Positions 1-9,122 of a DNA stretch of 64,000 nucleotides are shown here, piece after piece. The notes beneath the pieces are model-generated. The model was not told the DNA's origin and made no database searches. It was given only the letters and a program-made list of their open reading frames with translations. Made by a program: the position numbers and the translations under genes. The DNA comes from Barthelona sp. PCE (lineage: Eukaryota): assembly GCA_040285745.1 (NCBI GenBank), contig JAUFOR010000006.1, forward strand, positions 620,001-684,000. The letters are read 5' to 3'. The stretch's first letter is position 1, and every line of letters begins with the position of its first letter.

Positions 1-239
1 CCTGGAACAGTTAAACGCCTCCTAGGACAACAACTTCTATTCCAAGCATACTCAGAATTGCATGATTTCAGCATATTTAAGAATCCTGTTGTTAGGTTCT
101 TGATCTTGTGCCCGTCTGTACCAAAAGAATCAACGGATTTAGGATCGAACGATGAAGTTTCTAGAAAAGAAAACGCTGACTCATATTCGTTGTAGCTCAG
201 CTGTCCTGGCTCACAAAACGTGGACGAAACAGACTGCAT
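1..239 (-). CDS. 5' part of a hypothetical protein running off the left edge
   Basis: Manual translation from the ATG at 239 (minus strand) gives MQSVSSTFCEPGQLSYNEYESAFSFLETSSFDPKSVDSFGTDGHKIKNLTTGFLNMLKSC..., open for 79 codons to position 1. Absent from the ORF track because it has no stop in the window. Confidence 0.55.
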   Translation of the reverse strand, partial: MQSVSSTFCEPGQLSYNEYESAFSFLETSSFDPKSVDSFGTDGHKIKNLTTGFLNMLKSCNSEYAWNRSCCPRRRLTVP

Positions 240-656
240 CGGACCTAATTACAAATGTACAGGTCGGAAACGGAGAGAAAAAAGAAAAACGATGCTTTAG
301 CAGTTAAAAGTGTACTATAATTAATATTCAGGGCTTTTTTGGGCACGTGCACCATGCTACATCAGCAATTTTTATCGTATGATATGGAGTGGCCTCTTTT
401 AGCATTTCTTTTTTGTGTACAATTTTTCACAAAGTATATACCCTTGGCAGGTGTTTACAGGTACAACATTCCACAATCACTGGATATAATGTGCTCAATA
501 TGTGAATACACAATGTATCCTCTATTCTTATGTGTAGTGAGTATTATTATAACATTATGTACCACACAGGGCTTTTTATGAATATATCACATCAGTTGAC
601 CGAATAAAATTCCTAAAAGAAGTGTTTTCGATTATTTTTTTCCTTCCATTAGAAGA

Positions 657-1928
657 ATGGATGACTTCATAAATTCATACCTGACGTCGGAACCGAGAAA
701 CGAGTCAGCATTTGCTGAAGAATCGGATCTAGAACGAGCAGCGCACTACATCAATGGGAGTTTGAAAATTTATCACATCAGTCCTTTGAATTTTTGTAAT
801 CCTGATGGAAAGGACTGCACAAAGATAGTGAACGCGTTCTATTCGATATTGGAACGCATGGGAAATAGTGAAGAACGAGTTAAAGATCTTGAATCTAAGT
901 TGGCTCGAAGCAAATCGAATTTTGATACCGTTAAACAGAAGCATGACGTCATTGCTGGGAAGCTGCAAACATCACGATCACAGATTAGTGAGAAAGATCA
1001 TGCCATCAGAAATCTGGAGCGAGATATGAAGAGCACTAATTCTTCTGTACATCGTGAAAATAAGAATCTACAAAAGTCCATCAATGAGCTGACATTCCAG
1101 TGTAAGAAATATAATAAGGAATTGAAAAGGAAAGAAATCGAAACGAACAGATTAAAGGAACGTATTCAAAGGATGAATGATAATTATTTAGACATTGATT
1201 TTGATTACAGACCAATCAGCAAGCGCCTCCCCGACCCGCAATCCAATCAACTGTATCAGACTTTGATTAGTAGTCACAAAAATAGATTCGACGACTTGGT
1301 TAACCAAACAGAGGTTCTAAGTACTTCATTAGGTATAGTTATTGAGCAAATGAACGGATTAGTCGCAGCATTTCCTCATGTTTTGTGTCAGTATGTTGAT
1401 ACATCACGTTTACCAGTTGAATTTATTGGTAATACATTTACTAATTTAATTAATGATTTAGAAAGAGTAGAAAAGGAGATAACAGAACTTCCAAGTCCTT
1501 CTTACCTTTTATCGCAGTTGAATGGTGAAGATGTACATAAACAATTTTTATATAGACATATTGAAATTTTAAGAGAACGTGTTGAAGAATCTGAAAAACT
1601 GTTAGATATGCAGAAACTTCAGTTTAGTAAGCAAATTGAAGTGTTTGGAGCCCAAAGACAACAAGATATTGTGACAGATGATATTGTTGCAGCTAAAATG
1701 GAAGAATTGCAAATTTTAAGAAATGAGTTAGAAGGACGTGAGAAATCTATGCAAGAACGTGAGAGGAGTTTTGAGATTGAAAGACAGATGTATATGTCCA
1801 CAATGGATTCGTTGACACCAAATAGAACTCCTGGTCGCCCTTTAAGGAGTGTTTTTGATGGGTTAAACTCGCCAACGGACTCCCCCATGAGGTTTGACTC
1901 ACCTTTAACAGCTAAAATAAAGAGATAA
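657..1928 (+). CDS. Afadin/alpha-actinin-binding (ADIP/SSX2IP/Msd1-like) coiled-coil centrosomal protein
   Basis: The N-terminal DLERAAHYINGSL...KIVNAFYSIL and the coiled-coil KKYNKELKRKEIETNRLKERIQRM resemble the SSX2IP/Msd1 signature (QYNHDMKRKEREYNKLKERL). The remainder is long coiled coil. Confidence 0.7.
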   Translation: MDDFINSYLTSEPRNESAFAEESDLERAAHYINGSLKIYHISPLNFCNPDGKDCTKIVNAFYSILERMGNSEERVKDLESKLARSKSNFDTVKQKHDVIAGKLQTSRSQISEKDHAIRNLERDMKSTNSSVHRENKNLQKSINELTFQCKKYNKELKRKEIETNRLKERIQRMNDNYLDIDFDYRPISKRLPDPQSNQLYQTLISSHKNRFDDLVNQTEVLSTSLGIVIEQMNGLVAAFPHVLCQYVDTSRLPVEFIGNTFTNLINDLERVEKEITELPSPSYLLSQLNGEDVHKQFLYRHIEILRERVEESEKLLDMQKLQFSKQIEVFGAQRQQDIVTDDIVAAKMEELQILRNELEGREKSMQERERSFEIERQMYMSTMDSLTPNRTPGRPLRSVFDGLNSPTDSPMRFDSPLTAKIKR

Positions 1929-1999
1929 TACTGTTTTCCAAAATTCCCATTTCCTTCGATTTGTTTTTTGTGATTGTGGTTATTTTTATTCCTTAGGAC

Positions 2000-3937
2000 A
2001 TGGACACAAGGGCAGAGAAACTTTCATCTGAAGATATTCCGTCAGGTCGCCTTGTACTCTTTCATCCACATAGAAATGGTCGTGTTTCGCTTGTTTTCAA
2101 TAATGGATCCGCTCTACAGATGACGCAGGTTCAGTCTGATGACATACCTTCGAGTTGGCCGGTTAGCTGTCCTGTATGCGGTCACACAACGTTTTATTCC
2201 AGCAGACCAGAGGAAGAAATTCCTAACTCTACCAACCGGTCGCGATCGACTTCTTTCTCACATCCATCACAATTTAGAGATGAGACAGGTTCTATGAATG
2301 TTCATACTTTTGCTCATCAAGCATCCGATTATTTCTTTCAGTTAGAGAGAAACCTTGACCGTGCACACGCAGAAGGACCCCGTTTGCTTCCTTCTGAACA
2401 CCACGTAATTAATTCTGCATTGAATACGGGGTACTACGAAAAATTCTTCCGTGAAATACGAATTTTAGGACAGGGTTCCTTTGGAATTGTATACCTTGTG
2501 GAACACATTCTCCCTGCGTTTCATAACCAGTCGTTGGGCACATATGCATTGAAGAAGACATGTTGCGGAGAGAGGATACCGTGGATTGTTCGAGAACTCC
2601 GTCAAGCAACGATGCTTCAGCAGCTCAGACACCCGAACGTGTTACAGTACAAGCATTGCTGGTTAGAGAGAGGGAAATTTGGCAGGTTCTGCGAGGAGGA
2701 GACGCTTCTTTTCATGTTGAGTGAATACGCTGATTGCGGGTCGTTGACTAGTGAGTTGGAGTCCACTGTTCGGCTTTCGGACAAGGAGGTATGGGCGTAT
2801 CTGACGGACTGTATCAACGGACTTGCACATTTACATTCTTTGAATATTGTTCATTGTGATGTTAAACTTGATAATTTTTTTTTGAAGAGAGTTTTTGACA
2901 CATTGAACCAAATGTACGTAAAGAGGGTGCTTATTGGCGACTTTGGACAGGCGAGGTTCAGTGACTACGAAGAACGAACGAATCAAACTGGGACACTACG
3001 TTATCGTCCACCAGAGGGTGTTGAACCAGTTTTTTCACTAGACATGTGGGGTCTTGGCTGCTGTCTCTACGCTCTGCTGCTGGGGGATCTCCCGTTCACA
3101 TCAGAGGAGTGTATGGATGAAGGTACACTGAAGAGTGCGCTCGATGATTTAGATTGGGACATGGTCGATCGGCATCCGATATTTGCAATCATCCTTCAAC
3201 GGTTGCTTTGTTGCGTGGATGAAAGGATTAGTAGCGATGACCTTTTGCGCTTGATGAATCGAAGCGGACTGACTGTAGCAAATTTCCCAGACAGACATAT
3301 GACTGAGTGTTTGTTGCTCCCAGACGCCCGTAACATAGAAGTGGACTCAGTGAGTGACATATCAGAGCTTGATCTCACCCACAACATCACTCCCAATCGT
3401 CAGAGTAACAGATCTATCCTTACGTTGAGCGACCCTTCACCGGTGATTCATTCACTCATAGAGGAAGAGTCAATCGAGTCTATGGATCTGGACATGCTCA
3501 ATGAGGAGCCGGAGAAGCATAAGCTTATCGTCCAGCCGGAGACTGTCACTGAAGACGAAGGTGAGTTTTTGAGGGTGTATGATAGTCAGTCGATAATACA
3601 ACAGACTCGAGATATCACGATAGCGCAGTCATATATGATGTGGGTGGAGTTATTTTTGTTGATATTCTTGGTAGATACCTCTTTTGTATCTCTATTTTTT
3701 GCATTGTTTTATCTAACTGTTAGTTTGATTGATACAATTGATTTTAATAATCAACGATTGTTAGTGCCCCTTGCACATATCATATTGTTGGTCGGGCGAC
3801 TGTTGAGCTTTGAAGAAATCAAACCTATTCGATACATTGTTTTTACTACACTACTTTTATATAATCTATTGATTCCTGTAATTCATTGGCAATCACTCAC
3901 TTTTAAGTTGGATGATGGAACATATGAAATACATTAG
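2000..3937 (+). CDS. Ser/Thr protein kinase, IKS1-like, with C-terminal transmembrane helices
   Basis: Kinase motifs LGQGSFGIV, YALKK, HCDVKLDN, DFG, GTLRYRPPE, DMWGLG. IKS1-type context: CPVC, GYYEKFFRE, W...HPNVLQYKHCWLE. Hydrophobic C-terminal tail. Confidence 0.85.
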   Translation: MDTRAEKLSSEDIPSGRLVLFHPHRNGRVSLVFNNGSALQMTQVQSDDIPSSWPVSCPVCGHTTFYSSRPEEEIPNSTNRSRSTSFSHPSQFRDETGSMNVHTFAHQASDYFFQLERNLDRAHAEGPRLLPSEHHVINSALNTGYYEKFFREIRILGQGSFGIVYLVEHILPAFHNQSLGTYALKKTCCGERIPWIVRELRQATMLQQLRHPNVLQYKHCWLERGKFGRFCEEETLLFMLSEYADCGSLTSELESTVRLSDKEVWAYLTDCINGLAHLHSLNIVHCDVKLDNFFLKRVFDTLNQMYVKRVLIGDFGQARFSDYEERTNQTGTLRYRPPEGVEPVFSLDMWGLGCCLYALLLGDLPFTSEECMDEGTLKSALDDLDWDMVDRHPIFAIILQRLLCCVDERISSDDLLRLMNRSGLTVANFPDRHMTECLLLPDARNIEVDSVSDISELDLTHNITPNRQSNRSILTLSDPSPVIHSLIEEESIESMDLDMLNEEPEKHKLIVQPETVTEDEGEFLRVYDSQSIIQQTRDITIAQSYMMWVELFLLIFLVDTSFVSLFFALFYLTVSLIDTIDFNNQRLLVPLAHIILLVGRLLSFEEIKPIRYIVFTTLLLYNLLIPVIHWQSLTFKLDDGTYEIH

Positions 3938-3961
3938 TAGTAACATTTAGCAGAATAAATA

Positions 3962-4798
3962 CTAGTTTTTATTATTGTTGTTGTAGTTATTATTGTTATG
4001 TCTTCTACGATTGTTTCTGCGATTGTTCCTGGATGGTTGATTCCTGGAAGGACCTCTAGTCCTCTTGGAATCAGCTACCAATGAACTAGCGTGATCAACG
4101 TCGAAATCAATGATCTCATCACTGATCAATTCCTCATCAATGAGGCTTTTGCAAAATTTAACAATAAGTCCTCGATACTGAACGTTTGTATTACGACGCC
4201 AGATCTTAAGCTCCATTTTAGTAATAGATTGAGGTTTAGGTTTGTTATTGCTCAATTGTTGATATTCCTGAACACGATTTTCAGAACGAGTACAAACAGT
4301 CATACCCAGGATTTCTCTTCTGTTTTCAATACCTACACATGAACCAATTCGCTCACCAATCAAGCTAAAAACGAAATTTCTCCAAATAGATTCAAAACCT
4401 TCAGCACTTTTGGGAGTAAAGCGGAATACAATAGTCTCACCTGACTTATTTTTGGGATCTTCGAATACAGGTCTAACGTTAGCGCGCATGATATGAACTC
4501 TGTTCTTCAACTCCAATTGATGAGGAGGACGGATACTGTCGAGGACACAGATAGCCTCTCCAAGAGTGGTGAAGCGAGAAACTTCCTCAATATTGGTCTT
4601 ACTCCAACTATTTCTTTCTAAAGTTGGGTGCTCAAAAAATAAAGACCAGGGACTGTGTAATTCCAAATCTTCGAAGTTCGATTCGGCGTTGTCGATTGGC
4701 TGAGCAATGTTGTTAGTGAGAGAAGGACTGATAGAATTGTTATTGCTGGATCTAGTGCTAGTGCCAGTGCTGTTACTTGCGGGGTTCGGGGAACTCAT
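3962..4798 (-). CDS. Divergent eIF4E-family cap-binding protein
   Basis: LHSPWSLFF, SW, RFTTLGE, RPVFEDPKNKSG, WRNFVFSLIGE, ILGMTV and KIW align to the eIF4E core. Start placed at ATG 4798; an in-frame ATG also lies at 4855, and the ORF-track start 4897 is not ATG. Confidence 0.85.
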   Translation of the reverse strand: MSSPNPASNSTGTSTRSSNNNSISPSLTNNIAQPIDNAESNFEDLELHSPWSLFFEHPTLERNSWSKTNIEEVSRFTTLGEAICVLDSIRPPHQLELKNRVHIMRANVRPVFEDPKNKSGETIVFRFTPKSAEGFESIWRNFVFSLIGERIGSCVGIENRREILGMTVCTRSENRVQEYQQLSNNKPKPQSITKMELKIWRRNTNVQYRGLIVKFCKSLIDEELISDEIIDFDVDHASSLVADSKRTRGPSRNQPSRNNRRNNRRRHNNNNYNNNNKN

Positions 4799-5224
4799 AG
4801 TTGTGCTTATAAATTTGTTGTAAATGGATTGTAAGGAGTAGAAAAGAATAAGCATAGATTTTGCTGAAAAATCGGATTTGAAGTGCTGCTCAACCAAGAA
4901 ACCTACTTTTTCATCACTTGAGCACTGTTTAAAATCTAATACGTTGATGAATCAAACACAAATTTTACTGCCTTAACTTGTTATTCATGTTAGCTTAATA
5001 TCTAACAGTCTGTTCCTGAAGACATGTGACGTTGCATCGTTTTATGTTGTTTTTTTAGAGCTTTCAAAGTTGGAGAATGGAATATTTCAAATAGTGTTTT
5101 CCTGACATTGTTAAAACTTTTAACTTGAAAAGAAATTTTGAATGTGGTGATGCGTTGTGATTATATTCATATTCATATTACACCAATATATACGAATAAT
5201 TTGAGATTAAAAAAAATTGAAGCT

Positions 5225-7102
5225 TCATAAAATTTCACCTGATGCACTTACTACAACAATTTCGCAGTTTGACAGGAACTTTTCAACGTCAATAGATACG
5301 GTCTCCATATCAAAATCCGAGAAATCATCATTGAATGATAAAATTGTCATTTTGTAACTAAATTCATTCAAATATCTTACATATTTCACAACAACATGAG
5401 GTTTGGGGCTGAAATACCTGTAATGTAGATGCACACTATGCCAATCAGGTACTTCTAATACAGGAAAAACAGAATCAGTCCCTGTGACATACAATGTATT
5501 TCCAACCATACATGCTTTCTTACCAACAAATACCACAGTCTTAACTGCAGCGGAAACCCATCCACAATGGTACAGATCATCATGCTCGTAATAAACAAAG
5601 TGAAATTTGGAACATTGTTGATTTTGTTGAGTAATAACCACCAAATTGTCGTACTCGCTACAAAACATATCGGTAAACGTTCCATTACCTCTCAAAATTA
5701 GTACTTTTCTTTGAAATTCAGAATTCTCAGAATTCTGCACATAAACTGATAACTGCCCCAATAATAAAGCCCAAACACAACATCCACTGATTCCAAACAA
5801 CTTCTCACTCTGACAATTCCCTATTAACTTAGTGTTAATCCACAAATCAAATAAATCAAAATCAGGGTTAACAGATGCAAGTACTTGAATTCTCTCATTG
5901 AACTTCATGTACAAGAATGCAACGCCGTCCACGTAGCGGGGGTGACTGAATACAAGGGTATCCTTTACGTAAAAGTGATAGAAATCTGAATCAATGGTTG
6001 TAAAGTGCAAAACTTTAGTATTACTATCTTTTTCATACAAGTAACCTGCACTAAACAATTTAGTACCACATTGAAAGCCACATGGCAACAAAATAGTGCA
6101 TTTTTCTTCAAAAAAATCAAAAAAAACTTGATTATCAATATTTTCTTCTTTTGTTATTGAAAAATAATCAACACCGCTTATCAAAATGCTAGTTGATTTT
6201 TATAGAACAATTAAACCACGTGTTTTATGCAACAGTATGGGATACAAGTGTCTGTAATCATAATTATATGGTACATTTTCTAAGAAGACTAACTGTTTAA
6301 TGTTATTAAAAATTTTTTTTCCTGATGGATTAGTTAAATATTTACCAAAAATATTCATTCCTTCTCGACTACGCATTGAATTGTTACCAATTCTGATGGT
6401 CATTGATCTTTCTATATGTTCTGTTATACCATTAGTATTAACAAATTTTTCACCATCGAAAGTCTGAAATTTTTCACTGCTGTTCTTGAATATAAACATA
6501 TATTTGCCATCGGACACATCAAGAGAGTGATACTTCATATTCATTAATGTATGATTGTTGGAAAAATAGGGTACTCCATTATTAAAGCAAAGTTTGTACA
6601 AAATTCTATGCTTGTTCTCATCAATTAAAAACAAATTGCTGTCTTGTACAAAACTGTTTAACTCCATTTCATACCCTGGAAATTCAAAAGTATACAGTTT
6701 TTCCATTTGTAAATCAAAAATTGTTACAAGCCAAATTATGTCATCAATATACGCATCTCTAAGTAAAAACCAATATCTTTCATTGAGCAGATCTCCAAAT
6801 CTTACGTCTCTTAACGATACATCGGAGATGCAATATGTTTGGAAGGAAGAAAACTGATTATTGGCAAACTTTAACAGTTCAATCTCAAAAGTTACGATAT
6901 TAGATATCTTATTGTGTCGGTACTGCCTGCAGTAGTGCCATAAAGATGGTTTAAATAGCGATTGACGAAGTTCAACGTTTTTGTCATACACAGCAAAAGA
7001 ATTTGGATGAATTGGGGGAAAACTATTCTTTGGGGGTATTATAGGGGAACCTGAAGCGTCAAATGTCATACAATTAACCTGTTTTACGTTCAGATGACTC
7101 AT
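5225..7102 (-). pseudogene. Orphan-family gene (~625 codons) interrupted by one in-frame TAA at 6202-6200 (pseudogene, read-through or sequence error)
   Basis: ORFs 6200..7102 and 5225..6184 share a frame: ...GTT CTA TAA AAA TCA ACT AGC ATT TTG ATA AGC.... The downstream part has no nearby ATG. The joined product matches 13049..15061 in length and motifs. Confidence 0.65.
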
Positions 7103-7261
7103 AACATGAGAAGCTATGAGATAATCACCAAATCTTTCAAGTTTAAGATGCTCCGCTTGTGTGATATTTGCTCTTGGAATGTTAAAGAAAGAAAAAAAGC
7201 CAAAAAATCAATGAAAAGGGGGGAATAAAATTTTCAAGATTTACTAGGAACCGATAATAAA

Positions 7262-8278
7262 TTATATTCTTGAGGGCAGGGGGATAAAGAAACTTAACAA
7301 GACCATAATAGGATAAGCAATCAGACCAAAAACGATAGTCAGAGCAGCTTCAGCTCTTTGATAATCATAATGTTGTGAAAGAATGAAATAAATAAGAGCA
7401 GCAGGTGATGCAAGAATAATTAACATAATTTGCATGAATTCAGCGGTTGCACCATCATAAAACAAAAAGATTGGTACCATGCACAAAACCGGCCAAACGA
7501 TACATTTAACCAATACGTTAATGAGTGGAACCTTTATGCTTTTCATTGAGAACTTCATAGATTGAAGGCAAAGACCAATAACAAACATTCCTACAGGAAT
7601 TACACAACGTGCAAAGTGATAGCTCAATAAATCAAGCCAATTGGGTAATTTGATACCAAAAATACTAAAGAAAACACCACAATAGATAGCGATTGAATTG
7701 GTAGAAAGATAAGAATTCTTTAATGATTTTTTAAGAACTTCCTTGGAAGAGACTGCGATTTCACCTTCAACAAGCATCTTATTCTCATTGTGTGATTTCT
7801 CACATAAAAAGTGTGCAAAAGGAAGAACAATAATAATGCCAGGGATAGTTAGGATAGAGGGGTACAGCTTGTAATACACTTCGTTACCAGGGAAGATGGA
7901 CTCCAAAACAGCTGGGGCAACCAGCAAGATCATGGGGAAGAGCATAGCCATCATAGTCATACCAGCTGCCATTTGATTTTTTTTACCAACCATAAAGTAA
8001 ATTAAAACCATTAAAATAACATCAATGGCAACAGCTGAAACGAAAAGCTTGACACTCACGCCCTCCAGAGTGTAAGGGGCAATAGAGTGGAAGAATAAGA
8101 ATGGGAAAAAGTATCTCATAACACTCCTGTTCAAACCATCAACTTGTTTTGGGGTAAGACCTGCATTTTGGTCTTTGCTATTCTTTCTAGCAACGAAGTA
8201 CCCTGCGACAATTTCTAAAAATAGCACTAGGATAACGTTCAGTACTCCTGATACAGCATCAAAATTAAATTCAGTCAT
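7262..8278 (-). CDS. Auxin-efflux-carrier (AEC/PIN-like, Mem_trans) membrane transporter
   Basis: About 10 hydrophobic helices in a 5+5 arrangement with a short central loop. [27 protein letters not shown] resembles PIN [44 protein letters not shown] and [16 protein letters not shown] match AEC motifs. Confidence 0.8.
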   Translation of the reverse strand: [338 protein letters not shown]

Positions 8279-8801
8279 TTTGTTGGAATTTGTTGTTTAT
8301 ATATGTGAAAAGTATGCGAAAATAGCTTTGTTAAAGTGTTATTGCCCAAAAATATAAGCAAAGAGAAAAGAAATGGGATAGAATTTGGTTTCCACTGTGT
8401 TCTATTTCACCTTTCCATTTCATTTCTTATTGATCGGGCCTGTGGTTAATTTAAGACTTTCTTTCTGGTATTATACCTTTGGTAAGTGTGATTGCAATGT
8501 TCTACGTTGTTTCACACATTAGACCACTTGTTTTTTTAATTAACAATGTGTGTTGTGGTGTTAAATTTTTTTTAGTGACTATTTCTTTGCTCTTGACGTG
8601 ATTTTTTGAATTTGGCAAGCTCATAATCCTTTATTGTCCAATGTGTGTTTGGGTGATGTAGTGCTAATTCTATGCTCAATTACTCCACAAAATGTGCGAA
8701 AATCATGTGATTTTGTAGAGTTAAAGGGAAAGATTGATGCTGTGTAGAAATCATAATGCTGAACAGTAAACTAGATTTTTATCACATAACAATCAGTGTA
8801 G

Positions 8802-8817
8802 TGGCTGTATACAGCCA
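8802..8817. repeat. Perfect 16-bp palindrome TGGCTGTATACAGCCA
   Basis: Read directly; it is its own reverse complement. Lies in the longest intergenic region of the window. Confidence 0.9.
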
Positions 8818-9122
8818 TTTAGTTCAGGACTTCAATATTTATGATAAAGAATTCATATGCTTATAATATTTCGTTGTTTAACGGGGTGTATCTGGAAGAA
8901 GTAACTTTTGCATGGTGATGGTTACATATCGTGTAGAATGTAGTGTTGTGTATTATTCCAATATGTATTGTTGAATTAGTTATCACAGTTTTTTCTTGTC
9001 TGCGAAGCATGTAAACATTAAATAAACAACTGTAACAGAGTTTGGGTGACAACAGAGCTCATTCATATCATAATGTTGCACAGTTGAGTGATTCAATTAC
9101 TAAAGTTTATTTTACCTTTATC

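Noticed and set aside
339-581. 80-aa ORF, and similarly the 144-aa ORF at 59844..60278
   Set aside because: Non-ATG starts and low-complexity hydrophobic translations of AT-rich intergenic DNA. The second overlaps the real gene starting at 60065 in another frame.
4944-5019. Possible box C/D snoRNA (TGATGA ... CTGA about 75 nt apart)
   Set aside because: No convincing terminal stem or recognisable rRNA-antisense guide. Such short motifs are common by chance in AT-rich DNA.
6200-6202. TAA reassigned to Gln (hexamitid/ciliate-type genetic code) as the explanation for the in-frame stop
   Set aside because: Conserved genes here end at TAA/TAG where homologues end (e.g. TM9SF VKME*), and the 9,600-codon ORF contains no in-frame TAA, TAG or TGA. 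The standard code fits.
8791-8810. ATCAGTGTAGTGGCTGT resembling the U2 snRNA branch-pairing region
   Set aside because: The GTAGTA core is not intact and the flanking U2 stem I / U6-pairing sequence is not evident.
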